Source of the DNA: Squalus acanthias
Lineage: Eukaryota
Length of the DNA: 64,000 nucleotides
NCBI GenBank assembly: GCA_030390025.1
Contig: CM059431.1
Coordinates: 115,136,001-115,200,000, forward strand
Direction of reading: 5' to 3'
The notes beneath the pieces were generated by a model. It had not been told where the DNA came from and did not search any database. It saw nothing but the letters and a program-made list of their open reading frames with translations. Made by a program: the position numbers and the translations under genes. Positions within the stretch are counted from its first letter, which is position 1, and each line of letters begins with the position of its first letter. Shown one piece after another: positions 47,275 to 60,261 of the stretch.

Positions 47275-49519
47275 AATGAGTTTAAATCCTCTAGCTGCCT
47301 ATTTCTTTAGTGCTTTCTCCTCAGTTAATTAACTGTTTACTTTGATTCTCGACTATTAGGTCTAGTGCAAAAAAGTGAGGAGTGAAAATACTGATATTAT
47401 AATCCTTGCTTTATGTGACTCATACCTTATTAATGGTGGTTGTGCACAAGTCTTTATCCAGATTGTTCAATCCTCCAAAGTCCAGGATGTATAATGAGTA
47501 GCTTTCAAAAAACAGCAAAAGACTGGAGAGAACAAATATATGAATACTTTTGCCAGAGCACATTCCTGCAGTTGAAGCAACAAAGGGGAAGAGAGATAGG
47601 CTGCCTTTTAAACCAGCAGGTCCGTTGACACAGCTAAGAAATTTCTGCCTTAGGTGTTCAGATGTAAATCCAGGCCACATTCCACTTTAAGTGTGAGAGC
47701 ATTTCATGCAACCTCATCTGCAAGTTTGCTCAAGGAACTGAACTCATCTACCTCAGGATCACATGCCATTTGTGGAGTCTATGATTAGTGCACAGTGATT
47801 TCTAAGAAACCTTTGATTCAGTGGCTCCAACAAATCAGCAAGCACATGGAATTCAGGTGACCACAGGAAGCAGTTGTGAGGTTTTCCAGCCTGACCATAT
47901 CAGCCGTCTCACCACAAGAACTTCCTATTTTGGCTGAAGTCTTTCAGTCATTTTAAGACTGGTCTTTATGATTAGAGTGTGTAATCACAAATAGGATTTT
48001 ACATGTCTGTTTCTGTTAGGATTAGGAAGCATTTTCTTCTCAATTTTCGTCACCGTCTCTCTTTTTCACATCCGTCTGTCTGTACTCGCCGCCATTTTCT
48101 ACTTCCCTATCCTCTCTTTTTCTTTTTTCTAACTTGAATTCAGATTTCCTCCCCCAAAAGCTGACAGAAAGCTGAAAAAGTTTTCTAACACATTTCCATC
48201 TATCTGATGTGGAAAGTACCCTAATGTCACTGCTCTGTGTAACATGTGCTTGGACTACTTTGTGCATGTTCCTCAAGGTTTGCACATTTTATTCAGTTTA
48301 ACAGACGTCTGAGTTTATACCTTTAAAGACAAGTAATTAGATGACAGCATATGTTATAGCTAGATAATCCAAAATTGGGTTACTCCAAATCCCAACAGGG
48401 TAGAATCAGACTTCACTTTACTAGACTGCCCATCTCAAATTTTATCCAAAACCAGATCATCATCAAATGAAGTTGTATCCCCCACAGCCCCCTGTCCTCC
48501 CTTCAACTTTCAGGAATTAAAAATGCATAATTACCACTATACAATCAGGATAAGGAATGCACACCCAATCACTGTAAAAACAAAAGGTTTCCCTGATAGA
48601 TCAATGAATTTGTCCAGTAAATACCATACAGATCAATAAGGTTTCAAGTTTGATTCCCAGTCTATGCTGAGCTCGCTCATCTCAACCAAGCAGGTGTTAA
48701 GGATGCTATAATTGATGTCAGCACCCCTGAGTGAGTGGCAGGGAGGAGATGAACCACGATTCCTTATTATTAACAAGTGGCTCCTATTGAAAAAGTACAC
48801 GTGAAGACAGGATCTAGCTTGGCTGTGTTGCCCCTCCTGACACAAGGCCTAGAATTTCCTCAAAATGAGTTGCACCTTTAAAAAAAAGTGTTGCCTGCAC
48901 CAGTGACGTTCAGAGGGAGATACATACAAATGAGTTTCCTGGGTCTGCTCATTTGCAGTCCCAGTGGTGGCGGCATTGGTGTAAAACTGATGTAAGATGG
49001 GTGTAAGCTGCTGAACTACCAGGAAACTTCTGTGCAGCTTTTTTTTTTAAAACAGTTCAAACTGCAATCTTCAACAGCAAACTGGGGGACAAGCAGGTAG
49101 GAGAGCAACAGCGCTTGGCACTGGCACTTCACTCTCTAATAACTGAATTACATGTCTAAGCAATATTTTTACTAAACTTGTGCAGAATTACAAATACTTC
49201 CGCACCATCTGTGCCCAAAGAGCAGCAGGGCATTGTTATGACAGCAACACTCAAATTGGTGAGTAAAATCCAGCTGCTTCTTTATTTCCAGACCCGCTCG
49301 AATCTTTTGTCAAAGAATAAACAAAGTGATACAAGAGAAGACATTGGAGTGTGATTGCTGCAATGTGCTTACTCCCATCAGGGGGCCATCCATTCAACAA
49401 TATGCAAGTCCTGTACATATCACTTTCCCCCTCAGATTTACAAGTCAAAAATAATCGTCCCCCAGAATGAGCCTGATTAACAGCTAAAAAAAAATGGAAA
49501 CAAAGAAATTCAACAACTA

Positions 49520-50390
49520 CATCTTACAATAACGTGATAAAAAAATAACCATGCACCACTTCCGCAGGAAAGATGGGTTATGTCAACAGTAGAACCATAA
49601 AGAAAACCACTACACTCATAACTATCTACAAGCCCAAACGATTTGGAGGTTACTTTGACCTTTGTGGATATCTTTAAGTAGGATCGACAATGGATAAACT
49701 GGGACTAATAACAGAGGCAGTAGATGGTAACTTCTCAGGTTCAGTTTTAGCACTGATAGGGTTCATAACCTCCTTCGGAGACTGTCTTGGAGAGTTCACT
49801 CTGGAATCAAAAGCACAACCAACATCCTGGGAGGGGATTAGCTTGTGGCACATGGGAATAGGCGAAACATCTGAAGTTTTCTGAGGAGTGGTAACAGCTA
49901 CTTCCTCAGTATCAATTGTCAGTTCCTGAACCTGTTTCATTAACTGTTGAAACATCTGTGGTGTGAGCTGATTCAGATGTTTCTCACTCTTCAGAATAGT
50001 GCATGTGTCTTTTGTATTTCAGGATCATCAGGGGCTTCTTCTCGTTCACTTTGTTACTGCCTTCCAATTATTGCGACTCGAGAAACCTCCCAAAGTGGCA
50101 TGTTTGAGTTTTCTACCATAAAATGAGAAACATTTTCATCATTCCTTTGCCTCCTCTGGTTAAACTTGAACCGTTCCACAATAACGAGTGGCTTTAAGAT
50201 CAGATGGTCTTTGACCAACGCCTCACACATTTTGTCCTTCGGCCGGGCAGGAGTGATCATATTCTTAATTATTGTACATGTTGCAGGTCCTTAGATAGTA
50301 AACAAAACTTTCTCTCGTTCTGGCATCTGTTGCATGTCCATTGGCCTCGAAATAAAAATTAAATCTTTCTACATAGTCACTTTAGCTTAA
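49520..50390 (-). mobile_element. Gypsy LTR retrotransposon remnant (gag piece, integrase tail)
   Basis: gag-like GPATCTIIKNMITPARPKDK..LVKDHL..KPLVIVERFKFNQRRQRNDENVSHFM. Integrase-type C-terminus RYPQRSK*PPNRLGL* near 49675-49625. Confidence 0.7.
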
Positions 50391-50931
50391 CCTCATACAA
50401 TATTATAATATTATAAAATCTAGCCCGTTGATTCCTTGCTGGGGTACAGTTCTGTGGGCGCTGGTTTCCCTGCAGTACCTCGTCCAAATTACAATTCTAA
50501 GTGAACCTAGACAATAGCGATGGCAGGCTAGTTGATTTTGGAGGCTATCCAAATTGCCTCATCCAATGTCCACACATATGCACTTTCAAGGAGGGCTCAT
50601 TGGATAGGAATCAGGAATGTGAAGCCTGATATATCTTTGCAATAAATTCACATCTTGCTGATGTGTCCGATGTTTTATTTGTGGCATAATTAGAATATGA
50701 AACAAGGAATAATTAAGGTCCAATACAAACAGAAAGTGCTGGAAATACAGAGCAAGTTAAATCATTACCTGAGGAGCAAAGGCATTAGAATCTCAATCCA
50801 GCTTGTACTTGGCATGAGCTTTCCGTTTCAGAAACCTGAATTTGAATTCTGATTTCTTAGTTAACCTGAAGTCTTTGGAGGCAGTTTCAGAGAAGACAAT
50901 GAGAAGAACGTGGGATGCACTGCTTATTTCA

Positions 50932-53900
50932 GGGCCCATAAATTCGGGACGCCCATTCTTAGGCGCTCGGGGGCCTAGGGTGTTTACCCTGTGCCAGAAT
51001 GGTGAGGTCCAAGGCTCCCCGATATTGGGCCTCCGACCTCATTGTCATAGAGCCAGTGTGCTGCTGCAGCCTGCCGGTGAAGCACAATCGAGCCACTGAT
51101 AACGCCACAGCGGCCCTCAGGTAAGTGGGTCCGGTCAGGGATGGGAGGGCAAGACAACGCCATGCTGTGAGTCGGGTCGGGGACTGGGATCGGGTTGGGG
51201 GGTCTGGAGACATAGGAGTCGGGGGGGCATAGAATTGTGGGGGTCCGGAGGGCTCTAGTCGTGGAAGAGGGAGATTGGGAGTCACAGGGGCTGAGGGGGT
51301 GGGAGATCGGGGCTTGGGATCCGGGGGGGGGGGTGAGAGATCAGGGGTCAAGGATCTCGGGGCCTGGGGGTGGGGTGGGAGGAGTGGCGATCAGAGGGTC
51401 CTTTAATGGGGGTCAGGAGGAGCACTCCTGCTCACCCTGGTTCCATATTCAGGTAAGCTACTTACCTTACAAAAGCAAAACAGAAAATGCTGGAAACACT
51501 CAGCAGGTCAGGCAGCATCTGTGGAGCGAGAAACAGAGTTCACATTTCAAGTCGATGACCTTTTGTCAGAACTGGAAAAAGTTAGAGATGTAGCAGATTT
51601 TAAGCAAGTGCAGGGGCAGGGAAAGGGTGGAGGGGAGGAAGGAACAAAAGGGAACGTCTGTGATAGGGTGAAAGGCAGAAGAGATTAAATGACAAAAGGT
51701 ATGATTGTACAAAGCAAAAGGAGATGGTAATGGCGTAAGTAAAGAAACAAAAGATGGGTCTAGAAGAGATGTAAATGGGTATAGCAGAATCATCAACAGC
51801 TGCCATCTGAAAAAAATGGGGGCGGCTGATATGGTCTGAAATTGTTGAACTTGATGTTGAGTCCAGAAGGCTGCAAAGTGCCTAATCGAAAGATGAGGTG
51901 CTGTTCCTCAAGCTTACGTTGGTCTTTGTTGGAACAGTGTAAGAGGCTGAGGACAGAGAGGTCAAAGTGAGAGTGGAGCAGAGAATTAAAGCGACAGGCG
52001 ACCGGAAGCTCGGTGTTCCGCAAAGCGGTCACCCAATCTGCGTTTGGTCTCCCCAATGTAGAGGAGATCACATCGTGAGCAGCGAATACAGTATACTAAA
52101 TTGCAGGAAGTACAAGTAAATTGCTGTTTCACCCGGAAGCAGTGTTTGGGGCCGTGGACAGTGGGAAGGGAGGAGGTAATAGGGCAGGTGTTGCATCTCC
52201 TGCACTTGCACAAGAAGGTGCCGTGGGAAGGGGAGGGGCTGTTGGGGTGATTGAGGAGTGGACCAGGGTGTCGCGGAGGGAGCGGTCCCTTTGGAACGCT
52301 GAAAGGGGAGGGGAGGGTAAGATGTGTTTGGTGGTGGGATCACGCTGGAGGTGGCAGAAATGGCGGGGGATGATCCATTGAATGTGGATTCAACATTCTG
52401 GTAGGGTGAAAGGTGAGGACAAGGGGAACCCTATCGTGGTTACGGGAGGGAGGGGAAGTGGTGAGAGCAGAAGTGCAGGAAATGGAACGGACACGGTCGA
52501 GGGCCATGTCAACCATGGTAGAGGGGAATCCTCCGTTGAAGAAAAGGAAGACATATCGGAAAACATATCGGAAGGCAGCATTGTCAGAATAGATGCGACG
52601 GAGACAGAGAAACTGAGAGAATGGAATAGAGTCTTTACAGGAAGCAAGATTGGAGGAAGTGTAGTCCAGGTAGCTGTGGGAGTCAGTAGGCTTACAGTGG
52701 ATGTTGGTCGATAGCCTATCCCCAGAAATGGAGACAGAGAAGTCGAGGAAGGGAAGGGAAGAGTCGGTGATGGACCATGTGAAGGTGAGGAAAGGGTGGA
52801 AATTAGAAGCAAATGAATGAAATTTTCCAGTTCAGGGCAAGAGCAGGAAACGGCACCGATACAGTCATCAATGTACCGGAAAACAAGGTGAGGGAGAGGA
52901 CCTGAGTAGGACTGGAACAAAGAGTGTTCCACATATCCCACGAAAAGGCAGGCATAGCTAGGACCCATGTGGGTTCCCATAGCAACACCATTTATTTGGA
53001 GGAAGTGAGTGGAGTCAAAGGAGAAGTTGTTGAATGTGAGAACAAGTTCAGCCAGGCGGAGGAGGGTGGTGGTGGATGGGGACTGGTTGGGCCTCTGTTC
53101 AAGGGAGAAGCGGAGCGCCTTCAGGCCATCTTGGTGGGGGATGGAGGTGTAGAGGGATTGGATGTCCATGGTGAAAAGGAGACGGTTGGGGCCAGGACAC
53201 TGGAGACTGTTAAAGTGGCAAAGGGTGTTGGAAGAGTCGCGGATGTAGGTGGGAAGGGACTGGACAAGGGGAGAAAAAATACAGTTGAGATAGGAAGAAA
53301 TCAGTTCCGTGGGGCAAGATCAGGCTGAAACAATGGGTCCAGGGCAATCCTGTTTGTGGATCTTGGGAAAGAGGTAGAAGCGGGCTGTGTGGGGTTGGGG
53401 AACTATGAGGTTGGTGGCCTTAAAGGGAAGATCTCCAGAGGAGATGAGGTCAGTGACAGTCTGGGAAACGATGACTTGATGTTCGGTAGTGGGGTCATGG
53501 TCGAGGGGGAGGTAAGAGGAGGTGTCAGAGAGTTGGCGTTCAGCCTCCGCAAGGTAGAGGTCAATTCGTCAAACAACAACAGTGCCACCCTTGTCAGCAG
53601 GTTTAATGACAATGTTAGGGATGGATCTGAGAGAACGGAGTGCTGCAAGTTCAGAGGGAGTTCGGTTGGAGTGAGTGAGGGGAGCAGAGAAATTGAGATG
53701 GCCGATGTCATGCCGACAGTTCACAATGAAAAGACCTAGAGAGGATAAGAGGCCAGAGGAAGGGGTCCAGGTAGAACGAGAATTCTGAAAACGGGAGAAA
53801 GGGTCAGCTGTGCGGGGGCAAGACTCCTGGCCAAAGAAGTGGGCACGGAGATGAAGGTGACAGAACAAGAGCTCAGCGTTGTGCCGAGCTCGAAATTAAT

Positions 53901-54387
53901 TGAAGTGGGGGCATAAGGGGATGAAGCTGAGGCCTTTGCTGAGGACTGGTCGATCGGGGTCAGTGAGGGGAAGGTCAGAGGGGATAGTGAAAACACGGCA
54001 GGGGGTGAGATTGGAAGAAGGGATGGGGTCAGACGAAAGTGAAGGGGAAGAAAGTTCCGGAGGGGCGTTGGTATCCAAGAGTTGTTGAAGCCACTTACCT
54101 TACTTGTTTCAGCAGTTCTATAGGGCTGGTTTCCCTGAGTGCTGCCTGCAAAGGCATAGGTTGCCTCATGTGAAACCAATAGTGGAGAGGGGACCTCAAG
54201 CAAGTGTTAGGCCCCTTAATTGCACATGCAAAGGGCCTAATGCCTGCTTCTGGCTTAGGTAAAGGACGCCTCTTGTTTGTCCTTACCCAATGTGGTGGGT
54301 GGCACACTTCCAGTGGGAAGTGCGTGCATGCTTCCTGCCCGCCTGTTTTGGGTATTAGTAGAGCTACGCGGTCCAATTTCTTGGCCC
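50932..54387. mobile_element. Harbinger-type MITE split by a Penelope element (halves 50932-51470 and 54093-54387)
   Basis: Imperfect TIRs gggcccataaattcgg / gggccaagaaattgg. TSD not recovered. Confidence 0.65.
51471..54092 (-). mobile_element. Penelope-like retroelement, 5'-truncated (RT + GIY-YIG + terminal repeat)
   Basis: VIKPADKGGTVVV, MDIQSLYTSIP, QINGVAMGTHMGPSYACLF, FRYIDD, and NLVYCIRCSRCDLLYIGETKRRLGDRFAEH. 11-bp TSD ACTTACCTTAC (51460-70 / 54093-103). Confidence 0.95.
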
Positions 54388-55756
54388 AGGAGCTTACGTC
54401 ATCTCTTGTGGTTTATGTGAACTTCTTCTGAGAGAAAGAGCTATAGATTGGAAGCTAAAACAGTGTTTAATGGTACAATCTGAATGTTCTTGCATTCAAA
54501 AGTAGAATTTGTAATGAATAAAAAGATGACATTAATAAACAAGCCTCATCTTTGTTCCATTCAAATAGAACATTGATGATCCTGTCTGAGATAGCCTTTC
54601 TGAATGATAAATTCATTACTGCAATCATACTCAATTTTATGTTCTTACTGCCGAGGCTAAAGGACAGCATGACCTTCATTTTCTAATATTAGACAAAAAC
54701 CATAATGTAGTACAAGTAATAATATGAGACCCAACAATAGCTGTATTTGTCACCAACTGTCGATTATCCTTACAGTTTATCTTGCGCCACATTATCCAAG
54801 AGCTCCAGCAATGGAGAGTGCTGGTTCCATGAGCTCAGCTATATATACTGGAAGTATCTATAGTTTTAGAAAAATGACACGTGATACTCTGCTTGTATTA
54901 TTTCTACTCGGCACGTGCTGTTTGCCTTGAATAGAGAGGACCGTATCTGAGGGAATGTAAGGCATGGTTGTTAACCTGCTCTGCAGGGAGTACAACATGT
55001 TCTCAGGTGTGACTTCTCATATGAATCTGGTGTTGAAATGTCGGAGCAGCTGTCACTTAACCAACACCATACATAGTATGCCAGTGCATACACTGATATT
55101 TAGCACACTCTTAAGTAAGTTAAAGATTTCTTGAAGATCATTGGGCTATCATTGTGGCTCGAATTTAAAGGAAAACGTAGATATAAATGTACTTGCGTTG
55201 CTTTAAATTTACAATAGGGGATTTTTGAAGTGTTAACACAATTGCAAATACGCATAGACTAAAATTCAAGCGAGATAAGTTCAAGCAAAATAAGAGTAAT
55301 TTTCTGTTGGACTGAGCAAAGACAATTCAGTCTCATTTGAATCTATTTGTCTTTCAGAAGGGGATCTACAGTATAGAGTAAATACTAGAAATTATAAATT
55401 CCTCCCCCTTGATGCATAGGAGTTGTTTGCACATTTTTAATCTTTTCAGCATTGCAGTAATCCTATTTACAAGGCTCCTTCACGGAGGTCTATGTTCGGC
55501 CATTTTAATGGCACAAAAACAGAGCAGTGACATAACTCAAAGGGATCCTCTTACAGTTCAATGACGGTTGGAAAAAATGAGGTAGTGAAAAGCAGACTTT
55601 CAAGGCATTTTCGAGATAACCTGCAAACATATTAAAACTTAGCTGTAAGACACTCTTTCAGATTCTCACGCTAATTACTGTAACATTAGGTGCAATTTCC
55701 TTGGAGAGGGTGCAGAAGAAATTTACTCGAATGGTACCAAGGATGAGGGAATGTAC

Positions 55757-56217
55757 TTGTGACAGCCAGTGGCTCAGTGGGTAGCAGTCTCCCCTCTGAG
55801 TCAGAAGCATGTGGGATCATAGTCCCACTCCAGAGACTTGAGCACAAAAATCTAAGCTGACACTCCAGCGCAGTACTGAGGGAGTGTGCTGTCTTTCGGA
55901 TGAGACGTTAAATCGAGGCCTCGGCTGCTCTCTCAGGCGGACCTTAAAAGATCCCATGGCAATATTCGAAGAAGAGCAGGGGAGTTATCCCCGGTGTCCT
56001 GGCCAATATCTATCCCTCAATCAGTATCACTAAAAACAGATTATCTGGTCATTATCACATTGCTGTTTGTGGGAGCTTGCTGTGCACAAATTGGCTGCCG
56101 TGTTTCCTACATTACAACAATGACTACACTCCAAAAGTACTTAATTGGCTGTAAAGCGCTTTGGGACATCCTGAGGTCATGAAAGGCGCTATATAAATGC
56201 AAGTCTTTCTTTCTTAC
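55757..56217 (+). mobile_element. DeuSINE (SacSINE1-type)
   Basis: A box TGGCTCAGTGG, Deu core and L2-like tail. Flanked by ATGTA on both sides. Confidence 0.9.
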
Positions 56218-56419
56218 ATGTAGAGACCAGAGAAGCAGGAATAGAGCAGAGAAGGTTAAGGGGAGATTTAATTGAGGTGATCAAAATTATGAGAGATTTT
56301 AATAGAGTAGATAGGGAGAAAGAGTCAATAAATATCGGACACAGATTTAAGATGATTATCAATAAAAAGGGGAGAATGAGGAGAATTTTTTTGATCAGTG
56401 AACTGTTATGATCTGGAAT

Positions 56420-57079
56420 CATATTTGACCCCGAGATGAGCCTGCGACCACATATCTGAGCCATCACTAAAACCGCCTATTTCCACCTCCATGGCATCAC
56501 CCGACTCCGCACCTGCCTCAGCTCATCCGCTGCTGAAACCCTCATCCATGCCTTTGTTACCTTTAGACTTGACTATTCCAATGCACTCCTGGCTGGCCTC
56601 GATGTTCCACCCTCCGTAAACACGAGGTCATTCAAAACACTGCTGGCCTACATCAGCTCCGGGTTAAACAACGCCTCGATTTTTAAATTCTCATCCTTGT
56701 TTTCAAATCCCTCCATGGCCTCGTCGCTCCCTATCTCTGTAACCTTCTCCAGCCCTACAACCCTCCGAGATATCTGCGTTCCTCTAATTCTGGCCTCTTG
56801 AGCATCCCCGATTTTAATCGCTCAACCTTTGGTGGCCGTGCCTTCTGTTGCCTAGGCCCTAAACTCTGGAATTTCCTGCCTAAACCTGTCCGCCTCGCTA
56901 CCTCTCTTTCCTCCTTTAAGACGCTCCTTAAAACCTACCTCTATGACCCTTTGGTCATCTGCCCTAATATCTCCTTCTGTGGCTCGGTGTCAAATTTTGT
57001 TTGATAACGCTCCTGTAAAGCGCTTTGGGACGTTTTACTACGTTAAAGGCGCTATATGAATACAAGTTGTTGTTATTGT
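56420..57079 (+). mobile_element. L2-clade LINE 3' portion
   Basis: SAAETLIHAFVTFRLDYSNALLAG and FKILILVFKSLHGLVAPYL. (TGT)n tail. TSD TGGAAT (56414-19 / 57080-85). Confidence 0.9.
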
Positions 57080-57921
57080 TGGAATGCACTGTCTGAAAGG
57101 GCGGTGGAAGCAGATTCAATAGTAACTTTCAAAAGGGAATTGGATAAATACTTAAAAAAGAAAATATTTGCAGGGCTATGCGGAAAGAACAGGGGCGTGG
57201 GATTAATTGGATAGCTCTTTGAAAGAGCTGGCCCAGGCACCATGGGCCGAATGGCCTCCTCTTGTGCTGTTTGATTTTAGGATTTCCCTGCTGCTGGTAA
57301 TCATAATTATGTAATCTACCACCAGTCTTGTATTTCTCCAATTTGTTGATAGCAAGTGGTTTCTCCCGGGCTACCTGTTGGCCTCCTATAAAGCACTGTC
57401 TGGAGGCCACAATACTAAATTTTTCACATGTATAGTTGCCAGCTACCATTTACTGCCTACTCAGAGGTAAATTCACACCCGCTGAGTCTGAATGTCCATT
57501 TTTAGAACTGCTTTGTATGTGAATTTTTAAAAATTAATGTTTTTTTTGAAATTTTATAAATACATAGTTCTCAGCTTCCAATCAGTTGTTTAGCAAACTG
57601 TTCCTGTGTAGCTTTAAACACCTTCCAGTGTGTAAATTGACTGTTGTGTTTGCCTACATAACAACAGTGACTGCACTTTAAAAGTAATCCATTGGTTGCC
57701 AAATGTTCTGGGACATCCTGGGGATATGATAAAGCATTACATCAATGCAAGTTCTTTCTTTCTTCCAATGTACATGTCTTGCATCTTGTCAAAACCTAAA
57801 TGCACTTTTAAAAATTAAGTGAACATTGCAATTGAAGCTCTATTTGCTAAGTAATAAGTAAAGGCCAATTGTTTCATTGGTGCTATTAGCCAAACTTAAT
57901 TTATACTTAAAATTCAAACCT

Positions 57922-58130
57922 CCTTCTTCTTCTTCTTAGGCAGTCCCTCAGAACTGAGGATGACTTGCTTCCACACTAAAAATGAGGTCTCAGGTGACTG
58001 ATGAGTCCAATGCGGGGCCTGCAGTCTCTGTCACAGGTGGGGCAGACAGTGGTTGAAGGGACGGGTGGGTGGGGTGCTTGGGTTGACATCTGCTCCTTCC
58101 GCTGTTTGCGCTTGGCTTCTGCTTGCTCCC
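57922..58130 (-). mobile_element. RTE-clade LINE extreme 3' end
   Basis: Closely matches 20203-20418: CPTCDRDCRPRIGLISHLRPH zinc-finger-like end and (GAA)n tail. Confidence 0.88.
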
Positions 58131-58953
58131 ATGCATAACCCACTGCGCTGGAAATGGGAAAATGATCCAAAGTGATGAGGTTGTTCCTGTGTGGAACAAT
58201 TTTAGTTCTTTAGAAGTTTTGGTTTAATTTATGTGCCCATCAAAATGAGGAATGCCAGAACTGGGATGAAAACTTTTGTCGTTCATTGGCAGCATCAGAC
58301 ACTCCAGGTCGGGAGAAGGAGTTGGTTTTTGAGAGCAGGACAAGCTGTTTGATGAGCACGCTACAGAAAGATGAGGAGTTTTACTCTGCTCTAACAATGT
58401 GCCATGACATCAGCCTCAATAGAGCATCTTTTACTATGCAAGTCTGAAATGTTTCCATTTCTGAAATGGTTATCATTGATCAATGAAATGGACTGATTCT
58501 TGGTTCAACATGGAGTATGGGAGTGTATGGTATAATTATCCCGGAGTGCTGTTTTACTGTACACCCAGGAATTCCAGGGGCATCTTAAGGCTTTGTCAGT
58601 AACTTCTTTTCAGCCTTATCCATATTTACTACACAAATGGTAAATGCCTCTTACTTTGCATGGGAATCTGTCCTTAATAAATCAAGACACAATAACACAC
58701 AGTACTCATCAGATAAAAGCTAACAATCCTGATGCCTCAGTGCACTATATGACCTGTGCACTTCTCAGTATCAACTTTTGCCCATACAGTGCATGTCTAT
58801 TGTAAGTTGAGCCAATTGTATGCCCACCATAGCAAAGGAACTGGTATCTGTGAGCAGAACAAGCTGTGTTGGTGATGGAGGAGCTGGTATTTGAGAGTAG
58901 GACAAGCTGCGTTGTTGATGGAAGCATTGATATTTATCCTTCTAACATTTCAG

Positions 58954-58977
58954 ATGAGTACAACAGCCGTACAGACG
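58954..58977 (+). CDS. Candidate 24-nt microexon
   Basis: tatttatccttctaacatttcag|ATGAGTACAACAGCCGTACAGACG|gtatgt. Symmetric phase, reads (D)EYNSRTD. Confidence 0.45.
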
Positions 58978-60261
58978 GTATGTGTTTCTCCTAAAGAAAA
59001 TGAGCTACACCACTGAGTGTATCCTGTTTTATACATATTTACGTTTTGTATTTCACATCATTTATTTGTGCTCGTATATTTCAATTGCACCTTGTTACCT
59101 GAATTAAAGTTCGTCATATTGTACTTCAGGTTTGTGTTAAAAAAATATGAATTCCATAATGCTTCCAGGCTAAGAGAATTAAAAGGAGTAAAGGCACCAG
59201 CCTTGAATAAGAATGAATTAACGTTGAAATACGTTTGTCTGGAATTTCTCTCAACATTATTTTAGTGGAGGTGTTGATCCAATTAAAAGCAGGGAGAGGA
59301 AATTTCGATGAACTTGATCCAACACAATTTCAGAGCCACCGCGAATAATGAAATGTAACAACCTGGCGTAAAGATATGAAGAATTAGTACTCACCGGGGT
59401 GGGTTTTCTCTGTTTACTATCTGTAACAGAATCATAAATCCATTTATAAAGAACTTGTTCATGATTTTGGTACATTTCCTCCAACTTTCTGCTGCTCCAT
59501 CGGATGTGTGGCGGAAAAACAAGGTGTCCGCCACACTGCCAATTAAGTTACGATGGCGCAGTGACGGAAAGTCTTCCGCCATTACTACTCTACATTTCAT
59601 CCAATGAATGAATATAATGCGTTTATGTGTGCATGTGTATTTTTTCGATAGCCTAGTAGGTAAGTTTATATATTTCTATGACACTGTTTACCCATAAATT
59701 GGATAGTCAGCTGACAGTGATGAATACTTTGCTGAATTTATATCTACATTTTCCATAGCTATGTTCTTTAAACAAGTTGACGTGACTTACGTTCGACGGC
59801 AGCCTATTTTCCATACAATACCAGATTTTTAGTAGCCAGTTGGGGGAAGGGAGCTGAGAGGCAGCCTTGCCAAAATCTAGTCAACTAAAAATACATAAAA
59901 TGTTTCACTGTTGGCAGTAGCATCAGCCTATCAACATTATAATCTACCTTCCACCGATAAAACAGCAGGGCCCAATTCATCACACGAACTATAACAGAAA
60001 CAAAGCTTTCTTTGTTTGAAGAAATATTGCACCTGCATTAAGTTTGGCGCTGACATCCTTGGCAGAAATGTGATTTTTCCTCTATTTATTTTCATTATTT
60101 TGAATAGAGAGGAATCCAAGGCATGTCGGCCATCCCTCAAAGCACTGACAAATTTCTTTCTTCAGCTCTGAGAAAGAATAGGCCTTCCTGAAGTCGGCTA
60201 CCATCAGCAAGCTGTAGGAGTAATGCACCTGCACGCTGTAACACTATACTGTATTTCACAG

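Larger units (their letters stand above)
55690..57278 (+). mobile_element. CR1 3' fragment interrupted by a DeuSINE and an L2 fragment
   Basis: Pieces ~55690-55755 (LERVQKKFTRMVPRMR), 56218-56419 and 57080-57278 are colinear with the CR1 C-terminus and 3'UTR. Confidence 0.8.

Noticed and set aside
54935..54956. Other AG..GT-bounded mini-exons (also ~4899-4974 and ~63215-63254)
   Set aside because: Weak or chance-level signals. The last one borrows its donor from a SINE tail.
58310..58925. Short imperfect duplication (gga.gag.tggt.tttgagag.aggacaagctg) at ~58315 and ~58878
   Set aside because: Probably fragments of an old dispersed repeat, with no further structure.
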